Shown here piece by piece: positions 22,123 to 32,905 of a DNA stretch of 64,000 nucleotides (position 1 is the stretch's first letter; each line of letters opens with the position of its first letter). Under the pieces are notes generated by a model, which did not search any database, was not told where the DNA came from, and was given only the letters and a program-made list of their open reading frames with translations. The stretch comes from SAR202 cluster bacterium (GTDB lineage: Bacteria > Chloroflexota > Dehalococcoidia > Lucifugimonadales > VXLM01), in NCBI GenBank assembly GCA_022448725.1, contig JAKUTR010000010.1:7540-71539 (forward strand), read 5' to 3'. The position numbers were made by a program, and so were the translations under genes.

Positions 22123-23136
22123 ATGTATTTTGAAAGTGCGTTAGATTACCGTGAAGAAGATAAGTTGTTCTGGGAAGAAGAACTCGCCGACTGGATGCCT
22201 AGCCGTATTTATGATGTCCACGCACATCTTTTTGACCCAAGTACAGTGGACCCTACTAGCAAGTACCTAAAAACGATACCCCCGGCTAGTTACCAAGACC
22301 TTATCGATTGGAACGCCACGTTGTTCCCTGGTAGGGATGTTCATTTCTTAATGCTCGGACGCCCTGCTGAAGGTACGGATGTCGCTGCGCATAATGACTA
22401 TATGTATGAGCAAGTTACACCTGACCCTCTATCGAGAATGAACCGCCTCACGATACCCAGTACCCCCTTGGAAGAGATAGAGCATGATGTTAAAGAACGA
22501 GGATTCGTCGGCCTTAAGGTGTACAGACTTTACTCGGTGACCGGTGATGTTGATAACTGCCGGATCCATGAGTTCTTACCCCACGAACAGATGGAACTTG
22601 CAAGCGAATTAGGCCTCTGGGTAACAATGCATTTATCACGAGCTGAGGGCGGTGGCGACCCTCAAAATCTAGATGACTTAGAAGAATACACAATGAAGCG
22701 TTATCCGGGGATCAAATGGATCCTTGCTCATTGTGCTCGGTCCTTTACTTACAGGCATGCTCAGAGGGCGGTCGAACGTCTCCGTGACATGCCGAATATT
22801 TGGTACGACATGTCCGCAGTTACCGACTTACGTCCATTCCTTTCGCTGTTTCAGAAAGAGGATCATAAACGTTTGATGTTTGGCTCAGATGCGATCGATT
22901 CAACTTCATTCCACGGCTACTACATACCTTTCGGCCACGCATGGCAACAGCTTAACACCGACACGGTGCCAGCTCTCTCGTTCGACCAGACGAAACACAA
23001 ACAGATCGTCTTTATCTACGAGCAATTAATTTCCATGAAACATGCTGCGGAGATTGCCGGTTTGACCAAATCACAAATTGAGGACATTTTTTGGAGAAAC
23101 GCTGTTCGTGAACTTAAGGTCGATTGGCCTGAATAA
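22123..23136 (+). CDS. amidohydrolase-2 family protein
   Basis: YDVHAHLF metal motif, WVTMHLSR and LAHCARS blocks. Start moved to the ATG at 22123 (AGAGGTG RBS 8 nt upstream). Confidence 0.72.
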   Translation: MYFESALDYREEDKLFWEEELADWMPSRIYDVHAHLFDPSTVDPTSKYLKTIPPASYQDLIDWNATLFPGRDVHFLMLGRPAEGTDVAAHNDYMYEQVTPDPLSRMNRLTIPSTPLEEIEHDVKERGFVGLKVYRLYSVTGDVDNCRIHEFLPHEQMELASELGLWVTMHLSRAEGGGDPQNLDDLEEYTMKRYPGIKWILAHCARSFTYRHAQRAVERLRDMPNIWYDMSAVTDLRPFLSLFQKEDHKRLMFGSDAIDSTSFHGYYIPFGHAWQQLNTDTVPALSFDQTKHKQIVFIYEQLISMKHAAEIAGLTKSQIEDIFWRNAVRELKVDWPE

Positions 23137-23319
23137 GTCTCCTCAACTGATCGGCTCGTGGAGTATTGTCATCACGCGCTCCAGGCTCTCCGATGCCTCC
23201 AATTGGTTGATTTCCCGGGAGACTGGCGATAAATACGAAAAAGCAAATATCTCAGCAAGTTAGGAACAACCTTAACTCAATAAGAGGTTCTACTGACTCA
23301 TTAAAAAATAATCTGATTA

Positions 23320-24258
23320 CTAATCCGCGTTGGCAAGAGCTGCATATTCGTGTGCCTGGGCAACAATATCAACTCCAACGGTCCCAGAAAATGCGCTGAT
23401 AAGACGTTTAACAGTTGGGCCAACAGCACCATCACCGACCGGCAGATCATTAAACTTGGTCACGGGCAGAATAAACATAGACGTGCTAGATATGAAAGCT
23501 TCATCGGCAGTATGTACGTCGTACATCTCGATATTTTTTTCCACACATGGGATCCCTAATTCAGCTGAAAGATCCAATACGGCCGCTCTCGTAACTCCAC
23601 GAAGGATGTTACGGCCTTCGGGTGTGAATATCGTACCGTCCTTCACGATATAAAAGTTGTTCCCAGTGCCTTCTGTGATGTAACCGTCTTCATCTGTTAG
23701 CAACGCATAGGCGTCAGGGTCTACTTTTCGGGCTAAAATGTTCGCCATTTGGTAGTAGATACGACTTCGGTTTTTGATCTTAGGGTCAATAAGCCTGGCG
23801 GGAACAGACTGCTGCGCTGTTACCACACAGTGAATCCCACTCTCGTACTTTGGTCCGTAAGGTGCAATATGCCACGTCAAGGGCCAGACGTTGATAGTTA
23901 TAGTAGGCTTGATACCCTTCGGGAATACAGAAGAGTACAGTGCCATTGGCCCGCCCGACACGTTGTGCATAATCTGATAATCAATCCCCTCTGGCATCCG
24001 ATCTCTATTTATATCTATAGTATCCAGTGTTGCAGCTTCCATCTCGTCAATCGTCAAGCCACAATCAATCTCAAGAATCTTTATTCCAGCATACAGTCGC
24101 TCAAGATGGTCCCGTAATCGATACGGTGCCTGGTTGTAACTACGAGTCATTTCAAAAACCATATCTCCATACATTAGAGCTGTGTCGAAAATCGACACAG
24201 TGGCCTCGGATTCGGGTACAAACTCACCGCTTTTATACACTAGACGTGGCTCTGTCAC
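23320..24258 (-). CDS. class IV (branched-chain/D-amino-acid) aminotransferase
   Basis: Fold-type IV blocks (YGDMVFEMTRSY, EGTGNNFYIVKDGTIFTP, ILRGVTR); 312 aa. Confidence 0.88.
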   Translation of the reverse strand: MTEPRLVYKSGEFVPESEATVSIFDTALMYGDMVFEMTRSYNQAPYRLRDHLERLYAGIKILEIDCGLTIDEMEAATLDTIDINRDRMPEGIDYQIMHNVSGGPMALYSSVFPKGIKPTITINVWPLTWHIAPYGPKYESGIHCVVTAQQSVPARLIDPKIKNRSRIYYQMANILARKVDPDAYALLTDEDGYITEGTGNNFYIVKDGTIFTPEGRNILRGVTRAAVLDLSAELGIPCVEKNIEMYDVHTADEAFISSTSMFILPVTKFNDLPVGDGAVGPTVKRLISAFSGTVGVDIVAQAHEYAALANAD

Positions 24259-24590
24259 TGCTCACCTCCATAAGTCTTTGGTGGGATTCAAGCCCAACAA
24301 GAACATCCTGAGCAGGGCAGATATTAGTTCAGTGATTACAGAGTGTCAACGGCAACCTCAACCGCATGGCAAAGCCTCTCATTGGAGTCCGCAGACCTTT
24401 CATGCATCTCAATTACAGTTTGTAAATATACGAATTATATTTCTGTAATCCGGCAACATGAAGTGATATTAATGTATTACAACGCCATAAGTGGCGGTTT
24501 CACTACATTATTGACTTATGATATTGACAATATCGTCTACGCACATGTAAGTTTATGGTTCAGCCAGTAAACTGATACCCGGTAGGGATA

Positions 24591-25859
24591 ATGCTTCCAA
24601 ACGTCAAACTAACAGAGGTCACCCGCGACGATGTCGATCGCATCGCATACTGGCTACGCGACCCTGACGTCTCATCACGATGGTTCGGCGAGTATGCAGT
24701 TGGAGACCCAGTGCACCCCGCTTATGAACCCGAACATATGGTAGAAGCGTCTGATACCGAATGGAGTAACGTATTCCATCAACCTTACCGGAAAATCTAC
24801 TCCATATACACGACTGAAGCACAGCACATCGGTGAGGCAAGAATCTTACGAAACGAGAACGCTCCGGCAGAGATTTCTCTTCTAATTGGCCGCAAGGAGC
24901 TCTGGCACCAAGGTTTTGGGACAGCCGCGATGCTTCTTCTGCTGGAACAGATCTTTAGCGATACCAACGCCACAACAGCTATCGTGGAGGTACCCTCTAC
25001 TAACACAGCTGCTTTAGGTTTATTTGAAAAACTAGGCTTTTCACATAGACAAACCCGACAAGTAACCCCTAATCTACAGATTCTGCGTATGTCGATCAAA
25101 GCTACCGATTGGCTGAATCCCAGTTCCACTAGCAAGCAAACATCTCTGCCGGGAATCACCATAACTGGCTCCCCTAGCACCGGCAGCTACGAAATCGCTA
25201 GCCAGATTGCGAAGATCTTGAATTATCAACTCATCGGAGAAACTGCGGTTACAAAAAAACTCCAGGAACGGCTCGGATGCTCAGAACGTGAACTTGACAC
25301 ATTCATCGATAGTCAGAAATCAGTAATAAATCGATTCCTTACAAAAATGATAACGCCCCATGAGTATAGTCCAACGCATGACTTCGGATACCCCGGGACC
25401 ACTCCACGATACATACACAATTATGACCACCTAACGCCTCAGCCCATCACCAAAACGCTCTACCAAGACAAACTAGGACGCGTTATACGTCAGCTTGTAA
25501 ACGGTAAGAACAGTGTCATACATACAACCACTGCCCACCTGTTCGTACCCAATGGGTCCAGGAATCTACGGGTTCTAGTTACTGGATCAGATCGAGTCTA
25601 CGTAGACAGAGTCATCGCGGAACGGAAATGGACTACCGACGACTGGATGCAGCATAACCAAATAGTGAAAAGCGAAATACGAAAGATCGGATCCCACCTA
25701 TTGGATGCCGACCCTCTCGATCCATCGGGGTTCGACCTGGTTATCAACCTCGAACGAATCCCCAGCAACTTGGTCCCACAAATGGTTGCTGACTCTCTTC
25801 CTGCACACGCCCCTGCAAGAGGAGATGTTGTTGATCGTGGCAAACCACTGACAGTCTAA
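24591..25859 (+). CDS. fusion protein: N-terminal GNAT acetyltransferase domain plus C-terminal cytidylate-kinase-like (PF13189-type) domain
   Basis: Residues ~1-165 carry a GNAT core (ISLLIGRKELWHQGFGTAAMLLLLEQIF...NTAALGLFEKLGF). Residues ~185-400 begin with a degenerate P-loop-like ITITGSPSTGSYEIASQIAKILNY and resemble cytidylate-kinase-like family proteins. GGTAGGGA RBS. Confidence 0.65.
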   Translation: MLPNVKLTEVTRDDVDRIAYWLRDPDVSSRWFGEYAVGDPVHPAYEPEHMVEASDTEWSNVFHQPYRKIYSIYTTEAQHIGEARILRNENAPAEISLLIGRKELWHQGFGTAAMLLLLEQIFSDTNATTAIVEVPSTNTAALGLFEKLGFSHRQTRQVTPNLQILRMSIKATDWLNPSSTSKQTSLPGITITGSPSTGSYEIASQIAKILNYQLIGETAVTKKLQERLGCSERELDTFIDSQKSVINRFLTKMITPHEYSPTHDFGYPGTTPRYIHNYDHLTPQPITKTLYQDKLGRVIRQLVNGKNSVIHTTTAHLFVPNGSRNLRVLVTGSDRVYVDRVIAERKWTTDDWMQHNQIVKSEIRKIGSHLLDADPLDPSGFDLVINLERIPSNLVPQMVADSLPAHAPARGDVVDRGKPLTV

Positions 25860-26072
25860 GTCAAGGAACACTCTCAGAGGTTACGTGAGCAACCCAATGT
25901 CTTTGAGTGGCATTAACTGATTTGTGCTAGCGTGGCGTAAATCAAGTACTTATTACAACTGATAGCCATCCTTTGAGCGGACAGGTACTCATTATCAGTA
26001 TGAGCTCCCACCTTTCTATACAGAGATCTCGTCCCAGATTACAAGGAAGCGCAATCAAGCCCTCTTGTTTAC

Positions 26073-26102
26073 TTGTCAAAACCGTCGTATGGACTCTACA
26101 AT
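26073..26102 (+). promoter_or_regulatory. candidate sigma-70 promoter for rplS
   Basis: TTGTCA (26073-26078), 18-nt spacer, TACAAT (26097-26102), about 60 nt upstream of the rplS GTG. Confidence 0.5.
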
Positions 26103-26163
26103 ACCGTGATATTAAGCACTTGAAATCGCCCGTCCTTAGAGAACGAGGCCTAGAGGAAACCTA

Positions 26164-26517
26164 GTGGATGCTCATCACCTAGTCACTTTAGATAAAAACG
26201 AAAACATTGAAGACTTTCAGTCTGGGGATAACGTCCGGGTGAGCGTAAGGGTCCGAGAGGGTGATCGAGAACGGACGCAGATTTTTGAAGGAACGGTGAT
26301 CCGTCGCCGAGGTCACGGCCCAGGAGAGACTTTCACTGTTCGACGCGTGTCACAAGAGATAGGTGTTGAGCGGACTTTCCTTATTAATTCGCCGATAGTA
26401 CAGAACGTCGCGGTAGTCCGATATGGCTCGGTCCGCCGGTCTCGCCTCTACTACCTCAGGGGACGATCAGGACGCGCCGCCCGTATCAAAGAAGATCGCC
26501 GCCGGTCCCGTCAATAA
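26164..26517 (+). CDS. rplS: 50S ribosomal protein L19
   Basis: L19 signature blocks [19 protein letters not shown] and [20 protein letters not shown] start with GAGGAAA RBS. Confidence 0.95.
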   Translation: MDAHHLVTLDKNENIEDFQSGDNVRVSVRVREGDRERTQIFEGTVIRRRGHGPGETFTVRRVSQEIGVERTFLINSPIVQNVAVVRYGSVRRSRLYYLRGRSGRAARIKEDRRRSRQ

Positions 26518-28975
26518 ACCTGACGATGTCAGCCCTGCCTCTCCGTGTTACGCTGAGGTAGCTGTAGACGCACCGGTTCGTAATGGGCATACTTTCAGCT
26601 ACCATGTCCCTCCGTATATTCAACTTCAAACTGGACAACTTATTCGTGTCCCTTTCGGTCCCCGCAGGGTACAAGGAATTGTTGTCGCACTAGTTGACCA
26701 CCCAGGAGTCGAACAAACCCGGGATGTACTTAGTAGTTCATCCGAGATTCCGCCGCTAACCGACTACCAATTGGTTCTTGGTCGCTGGATTAGCGACTAC
26801 TACATGTCCCCTCTTTTTGATGCGCTTGCCCTCATGTTACCTCCTGGTGGAAGACTAAAGTACAAGACCTACTATTTGCATACCGAGCAAATACTTCCCA
26901 GTGCGACGCCTCTGACAGAATACCGCTCGCGTGTGTTGCATTACATTGTTAGTAATAAAGTCGTGGAAGAGTCTACCCTTATTAATGCCTTTGGTCCGAG
27001 GGCACGCCATGCAGCACAGTGGCTAGTAACACAAGGTTTACTAAAACCGAGGTACCGATGGGCAGGAACCAAGGTACGACAAAAAACGGTCGTTTACGGG
27101 AAATTACCAGACGTTGTATTTGAGTCTGCTCAAGATACGATAGGCAGTCTTCCTCAGAATGCGCATCAGCAAAGAGACCTTCTTCAACACCTTTTTACTG
27201 TTAGCAAACCAATTCGCCTAACACATTTAAGACGACGATTCGGAACAAGTGCAGTTAATGGACTATTTGTCAAAGGATTGCTTGAAAAAGAGACACGTGT
27301 AGTAGATAGAGACCCATTAGAGTCCATGACGAGCCGTAAAAACATCGCCAAGGTTAAGCTGACACAAGCACAAGAGGCGGCTTTATCGGAAATACACTCA
27401 TCAATTTTAGGGGATTTGAATCATTCAGATAAGACTTTCCTTCTAGAAGGAGTAACAGGTAGTGGCAAAACAGAGGTATACCTACAAGCGGTGGGAAAAT
27501 GCATTTCCATTGGAAAGCGAGCGATCGTTCTCGTACCCGAAATCGCACTAACACCACAGACTATTGAGCGTTTCTCATCACGGTTCCCCGGTAAGGTAGC
27601 AGTGCTTCACAGTGGTCTCACCGTCGGCCAAAGGTTTGACCAGTGGTGGAAAATACAGCAAGGTGATTACGATTTGGTTGTCGGTTCTCGCAGCGCTATT
27701 TTCGCTCCGATCCCTCTTTTAGGACTCATCGTAATCGATGAGGAGCATGAGTGGACCTATAAACAAACCGACCAACAACCACGCTATCATGCGCGAGACG
27801 TTGCCATAAAACTTGCCGAACTAACAGGGGCGACACTGTTGATGGGAACGGCCTCCCCTGACGTTGAGACTTACCATAAGGCCATCCAAAGCGGGATACG
27901 TTTATTGAGACTGCCTGATCGCGTCACTCCTGAAGGGATCACAAAACCGGGTCTTCTTCCTCCAGTCACCGTAGTCGATATGCGAACCGAGTTCCGTGAC
28001 GGGAACTCAAAAATATTTAGCCGGCAATTAGAAAATGCATTACATGAAACTATTCAAAGTGGTTCTCAGGCAATCCTTTTTCTAAATAGGCGAGGCACTG
28101 CGGCATACACACGATGTCAGAGTTGTGGATACACACAAACTTGCAGACGCTGCGATACCACGATGACCTATCACGGAACCCTTGCTAAATTGTTATGCCA
28201 TTATTGTGGAGATCGACGAAATCCCTTGACTCAGTGTCCGATGTGTCTACGCTACAAGATGATCCTCTACGGGATCGGGACAGAGGGTGTTCAGCGCGAG
28301 GCCCAACGAATGTTCCCTGATGTTTCGGTCTATCGATGGGACAGAGATACCGTCAGAAAACCGTCGGAATATCAACATTTGTTAGACGGATTCCGCCAAG
28401 GTGATGCGAGTATACTGGTCGGCACCCAAATGATAGCGAAAGGCTTACACATACCATCTGTCACTCTGGTTGGTGTTATATCAGCGGACGTTGGTTTAGG
28501 CGTACCTGACTATCGGGCAAGCGAACGAGTCTTCCAGGTGCTTTTTCAGGTTGTGGGGAGAGCTGGACGTGGATTAACTCCCGGGCGTGCCATCATCCAA
28601 ACCTTCCAATCCGACAACTACGCTGTCCGTGCCGCCTCAGACCAGGATTACCTTAACTTCTACCAACTAGAAATTGAGAAGCGACGCGAATTACATAATC
28701 CTCCTTACAGCAAGATCATAAAATTGCAACACCCACACGTTAACAATGCCATATGCGAAGTTGAGGCTCTACGGATGTCTGAATTACTTCGCAACGAACG
28801 TGAAGCATCGGGATACAACGATGTACAAATCGTGGGACCTACTCCTAGTTTTCCAACTCGTCTACGTGGTCACTACCGATGGCAGATCATACTACGCGGA
28901 TCTGATCCTAGGGCATTCCTCGCTGCCTTGAACATCCCAGATAGCTGGAGCATTGATGTGGATCCAGTCAATTGA
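26423..28975 (+). CDS. priA: primosomal protein N' (replication restart helicase PriA)
   Basis: N-terminal [10 protein letters not shown]...FSYHVP block, Walker [14 protein letters not shown] box (VIDEEHEW) and Cys-rich zinc region CQSCGY..CRRCD...CHYCG...CPMC. The only canonical in-frame start upstream of the conserved N-terminus is the ATG at 26423, which overlaps rplS. Confidence 0.9.
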   Translation: MARSAGLASTTSGDDQDAPPVSKKIAAGPVNKPDDVSPASPCYAEVAVDAPVRNGHTFSYHVPPYIQLQTGQLIRVPFGPRRVQGIVVALVDHPGVEQTRDVLSSSSEIPPLTDYQLVLGRWISDYYMSPLFDALALMLPPGGRLKYKTYYLHTEQILPSATPLTEYRSRVLHYIVSNKVVEESTLINAFGPRARHAAQWLVTQGLLKPRYRWAGTKVRQKTVVYGKLPDVVFESAQDTIGSLPQNAHQQRDLLQHLFTVSKPIRLTHLRRRFGTSAVNGLFVKGLLEKETRVVDRDPLESMTSRKNIAKVKLTQAQEAALSEIHSSILGDLNHSDKTFLLEGVTGSGKTEVYLQAVGKCISIGKRAIVLVPEIALTPQTIERFSSRFPGKVAVLHSGLTVGQRFDQWWKIQQGDYDLVVGSRSAIFAPIPLLGLIVIDEEHEWTYKQTDQQPRYHARDVAIKLAELTGATLLMGTASPDVETYHKAIQSGIRLLRLPDRVTPEGITKPGLLPPVTVVDMRTEFRDGNSKIFSRQLENALHETIQSGSQAILFLNRRGTAAYTRCQSCGYTQTCRRCDTTMTYHGTLAKLLCHYCGDRRNPLTQCPMCLRYKMILYGIGTEGVQREAQRMFPDVSVYRWDRDTVRKPSEYQHLLDGFRQGDASILVGTQMIAKGLHIPSVTLVGVISADVGLGVPDYRASERVFQVLFQVVGRAGRGLTPGRAIIQTFQSDNYAVRAASDQDYLNFYQLEIEKRRELHNPPYSKIIKLQHPHVNNAICEVEALRMSELLRNEREASGYNDVQIVGPTPSFPTRLRGHYRWQIILRGSDPRAFLAALNIPDSWSIDVDPVN

Positions 28976-29178
28976 TTACCTGAGGCATCCTCACAGGATA
29001 CGGAATCTGTAGTAGTATCTTCGGCTAAGTACACATTGCCACATTGGAAGACGAAACGGGTATTCTACCTTGCTACAAAACCAAGTCGAAACACCCCTAT
29101 CGCCCAGAACGCAAAGCTACCGTCCACACCCTAGTACGGCCGGAAGTAGTGGGTACTCACTTGATTAGGGGCGGCGGC

Positions 29179-31008
29179 ATGATGGGTGGCGGTAGCCCAC
29201 ATATGGGCCCCGGGGCGATGCGACGGTTCGCGGAACAATTGGATGATGAGGGCGGAAGTCCTTACAACCACGATGTAGCAAAACGGCTGGCTTACTACTT
29301 TAAGCCCTATTGGCGGATCATGTCAGCAGCCGTTACCACCATGCTCATATATACAGGGACCGTCGTCGCGTTACCCCTTATCGTGAGTATCGTAATTGAT
29401 AGATATATCATCACTGGGGATCTCTCTGGCATGAATCGGATCATCACTCTTTTTGTAGCCGTTGCCATTGCTCAGTTTGTATTTAGCTACATTCATCAGA
29501 GACTAATGGCATACGTCGGACAGCAGGTTCTTTACACATTACGAAACGAGTTATTTGTACACATCCAACGGTTATCCATGTCATTTTTCGACCGAAACGA
29601 GACTGGTCGAATTATGTCTCGAGTCCAAAACGATGTTAGACAGCTCCAAGAAGTCGTCACCATTTTTGTCAGTACCCTAGGCCAAGTATTGAGTCTTGTA
29701 GGTGTCATCTGGGCAATGATCTTTCTTAACTTCTGGCTGGCATTAATTACTCTCTCTGTAATCCCACTTCTGTTCATGTTCATGCTGGTGTGGCAACGGT
29801 TTGCACGCGCCACTTTCCTCCGAGTTCGCAACGCAGCATCCAGCGTAAATTCAGACCTACAGGAGAATATTGCTGGGGTACGGGTTGTGCAGAGTATGAA
29901 CCGGCAGCAGCGAAACATTGATAATTTCCAGAAGTCCAACCAAGAAAATCTCGAGGCTAATCTCCAGGCAAGCCGCCTATCAGCAGCCCTTCTACCATCA
30001 GTTGAATTACTAACCGCATTGGGGCTGACTCTTGTAGTCATATTCGGCGGTATTATGGTAATTGAAGGAAGTCTACTGGCTGGTGGGCTTGTAGCGTACG
30101 CCTTGTATGTACAACGATTTTTCGAGCCAGTCCGCACACTGACGAGCGAATACGGTTCACTCCAGCGAGCGATGGTCGCGGGTTCTCGCATATTCGAAAT
30201 ACTAGATTTGAATCCTGAAGTGGAGGAAAAACCGTCTGCTCCGGCGATGCCTCAAGTGAAAGGAGAGATCATTTACGATAATGTTAGCTTTAGCTATGAC
30301 AAGCAAGAGACGGTTTTGGCTGACATCAACATCTCTATTCATCCTGGCCAAACGGTAGCCTTTGTTGGGAGTACCGGGGCTGGAAAGACTACTCTCGTAT
30401 CGCTACTCATGCGCCTCTACGATGTTAGCAAAGGCAGCATCAAGATAGATGGCATTGATCTCCGAGACGTTACGTTGCGTTCATTATCGGATCAGATCAG
30501 TGTTGTACCCCAAGAACCTTACCTTTTCTCCGGTGATTCGATCCGCGAAAATATTCGGTACAACCGCTCTTACATAACTGAAACGGAAATTGAGCAAGCA
30601 GCACAAGCAGTCGGAGCTGACGAGTTCATAGCACGGCTCGAGAACGGTTACGATACGCTATTACAAGAGCGCGGAGGAAACCTCAGTTTCGGTCAGCGAC
30701 AACTCATCAGTTTTTCTAGGGCATTGGCAGGCTCACCGGCGATCCTAATACTCGACGAGGCCACTGCAAACATAGATACTGAATCGGAAGCTAAGATACA
30801 ACAAGCTCTCAACCAATTACTGAGAGACAGAACCGCGGTAATCATTGCTCATCGACTATCAACGATACGTAAAGCCGATAATATAGTCGTCTTAAGTGAA
30901 GGTAGAGTTGTCGAGCAAGGAACGCATGATGCACTGCTCACATTAAACGGGGAATATGCCAAGCTTGCAACATTCGGCGTCAAGGACGGGAGGAAAGATA
31001 AAATTTAG
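29179..31008 (+). CDS. ABC exporter, fused permease/ATPase (MsbA/multidrug-type)
   Basis: 6-TM domain, then Walker A GSTGAGKTT, signature LSFGQRQ and Walker B ILILDEAT. Start moved to MMGGGSPHMG (ATG 29179, AGGGG RBS). Confidence 0.88.
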   Translation: MMGGGSPHMGPGAMRRFAEQLDDEGGSPYNHDVAKRLAYYFKPYWRIMSAAVTTMLIYTGTVVALPLIVSIVIDRYIITGDLSGMNRIITLFVAVAIAQFVFSYIHQRLMAYVGQQVLYTLRNELFVHIQRLSMSFFDRNETGRIMSRVQNDVRQLQEVVTIFVSTLGQVLSLVGVIWAMIFLNFWLALITLSVIPLLFMFMLVWQRFARATFLRVRNAASSVNSDLQENIAGVRVVQSMNRQQRNIDNFQKSNQENLEANLQASRLSAALLPSVELLTALGLTLVVIFGGIMVIEGSLLAGGLVAYALYVQRFFEPVRTLTSEYGSLQRAMVAGSRIFEILDLNPEVEEKPSAPAMPQVKGEIIYDNVSFSYDKQETVLADINISIHPGQTVAFVGSTGAGKTTLVSLLMRLYDVSKGSIKIDGIDLRDVTLRSLSDQISVVPQEPYLFSGDSIRENIRYNRSYITETEIEQAAQAVGADEFIARLENGYDTLLQERGGNLSFGQRQLISFSRALAGSPAILILDEATANIDTESEAKIQQALNQLLRDRTAVIIAHRLSTIRKADNIVVLSEGRVVEQGTHDALLTLNGEYAKLATFGVKDGRKDKI

Positions 31009-31145
31009 ACATAATGTTGCTTCCTCAGATGTCTTGCATTTCACGTTTGTTTTCACCCACATCATCTGTACCACTACTTCAGAGTACTCTCTAAACGGCT
31101 TCACCCAATAGGATTACCCCAGATGAGAACTCCCAGTTCATAACC

Positions 31146-32237
31146 TCACATCTGTGGAGTATCCCAGTAGCGTACGCTGCTACTCTTAATAATAAGGTAC
31201 ACGATCTTCTTCTCATAAAGATCCAACAAAATTGCTGCTCTAGGAGTAACCTCCACCATAAGCTTTAAACCAACATCAACGTGGACAACAACTCGTGACC
31301 TTATTCGGTCGACTTTGAGAACTGTTCCTCTGATAATGTTCTGAGCGCTGATTTGGAGTGGTACTTCCAGTGCAAGGATAATGTCTTGGGCGTGGATAGA
31401 CAGGGTCACCTGATCATCTAAACCAAGCTCTAATGCAGGCGCTAACAACTTCAGTTCACCTGAATCTATTTCAGTGAGGCCCTCGTCTGGCAGTTTTTTC
31501 CTGATCTTTCCCGACAGAATATTTTGGAGACTATCAGGACCGGGAAGTACGTCAATATCTGCCTTAAACATCACTTCTTGTGGAGGCCCCTGCACCACAA
31601 CTTCACCACGCTCTAACACTAAGACGTCTTCCGCTAAAGCGATGACTTCAGATATGGAATGCGAGACATAGATCATAGGGATCTTAAGTTCGTCTCGAAT
31701 CCGTTTGAGGTATCGGATTATTAGTCCCCGAAATGCCACGTCCAATGAGGCAAGCGGCTCATCAAGTAATAGCAGTTTGGGGGACGTCGCTAAGGCACGA
31801 GCGATTGCCACTCTTTGACGTTCACCTCCCGACAAATTCCTGACGTTCCTATTCACTAACCGCTGGAGATCCAGTAATTCGATCAAAAAACCAGGCTCTA
31901 TAGATCGTGACATAAGCGGTGCGAGCTTGTAGCCGTATGAGATGTTTCTAGCAACATTCATATGAGGAAATAATTCCAAGTTCTGGAACACATAACCAAA
32001 TCGTCTTCGATCTGGTGCAACGTTAACTTGCCTGTGAGAAAACAGCGTTTCGCCATCAACAGAAATCTGACCGCTATCGGGAGTTATTAAACCCGCTATG
32101 CAGTTCAGAAGAGTTGTTTTACCACTCCCAGATGTCCCAAAGAGAGCGGTGACACCATTGGTGAAGTTAGCCTCGCACTCCAGAGAAAATCCCTCGTAAA
32201 ACTTTGAGATACTGAACTCTACCAAGGGTTGGTTCAT
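31146..32237 (-). CDS. modC: molybdate ABC transporter ATP-binding protein
   Basis: Walker A GTSGSGKTT, signature LSGGERQR, Walker B LLLDEPL and a C-terminal TOBE/Mop-like domain. The ATG overlaps the modB stop (ATGA). Confidence 0.85.
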   Translation of the reverse strand: MNQPLVEFSISKFYEGFSLECEANFTNGVTALFGTSGSGKTTLLNCIAGLITPDSGQISVDGETLFSHRQVNVAPDRRRFGYVFQNLELFPHMNVARNISYGYKLAPLMSRSIEPGFLIELLDLQRLVNRNVRNLSGGERQRVAIARALATSPKLLLLDEPLASLDVAFRGLIIRYLKRIRDELKIPMIYVSHSISEVIALAEDVLVLERGEVVVQGPPQEVMFKADIDVLPGPDSLQNILSGKIRKKLPDEGLTEIDSGELKLLAPALELGLDDQVTLSIHAQDIILALEVPLQISAQNIIRGTVLKVDRIRSRVVVHVDVGLKLMVEVTPRAAILLDLYEKKIVYLIIKSSSVRYWDTPQM

Positions 32238-32905
32238 AAAGATTTCTCTACTGCATCTCTGGTAAGTAACCAATTATGAACTGCTAGGGTTACCGCAGCC
32301 AATATAATTGACACTACAATCAGAATTAGTGCCTGATTATCATCCCGGAGCATCACACTGGTATAGATCGCTAGTGGAAGTGTTTGTGTTTTCCCTTCAA
32401 TATTTCCGGCAACGACGATCGTGGCCCCGAATTCGCTCAAAGCTCTGACGAATCCAAGAAGCATCCCAGCAAGGATCCCCCGGTACGCAAGAGGCAACGT
32501 TATTGTTACAAGTACACGCCACCGTGACGCCCCGAGGCTTCGAGCAGCCATCTCTAAGCGACGGTCCACACCAGCCATAGCGACCATTACCGCCCTGGCC
32601 ATCAAAGGAAAGGAAACAACCGCCGCAGCTATTGTGGCTGCTATCCACGTGAAGACTACATCGACCGCAAATAGCTTGACGAGGACTGCTCCTATCACCC
32701 CTTCACGACCTAGAAGAAGGAGTAGGAAAAACCCTATAGAAACAGGTGGCAGTGCGAGTGGCAAAGATACAAGCACTTCGATTAGGAACCGCCCCGGTGC
32801 GTGCCTCCTTGCAAGGTACCAACTCACTGCCAGAGCAAGCGGCAAATTGATAAGAGTCGCTAATATAGCGACTCTTAAGGTGAGTTCAATAAGAGTAAAG
32901 GTCAT
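32234..32905 (-). CDS. modB: molybdate ABC transporter permease
   Basis: CysTW/ModB-type permease with an EAA-like loop (ARSLGASRWRVLVTITLP); 223 aa. Its ATG overlaps the modA stop (ATGA). Confidence 0.85.
   Translation of the reverse strand: MTFTLIELTLRVAILATLINLPLALAVSWYLARRHAPGRFLIEVLVSLPLALPPVSIGFFLLLLLGREGVIGAVLVKLFAVDVVFTWIAATIAAAVVSFPLMARAVMVAMAGVDRRLEMAARSLGASRWRVLVTITLPLAYRGILAGMLLGFVRALSEFGATIVVAGNIEGKTQTLPLAIYTSVMLRDDNQALILIVVSIILAAVTLAVHNWLLTRDAVEKSL

Noticed and set aside
24259-24590. A 332-bp AT-rich divergent intergenic region. I searched it for a small RNA, small ORF or riboswitch.
   Set aside because: It holds only short hairpins (for example CGCCA-TAAG-TGGCG), possible promoter hexamers (TTGACA at about 24524) and non-conserved-looking ORFs (24343-24570 and others). 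Nothing specific can be supported.
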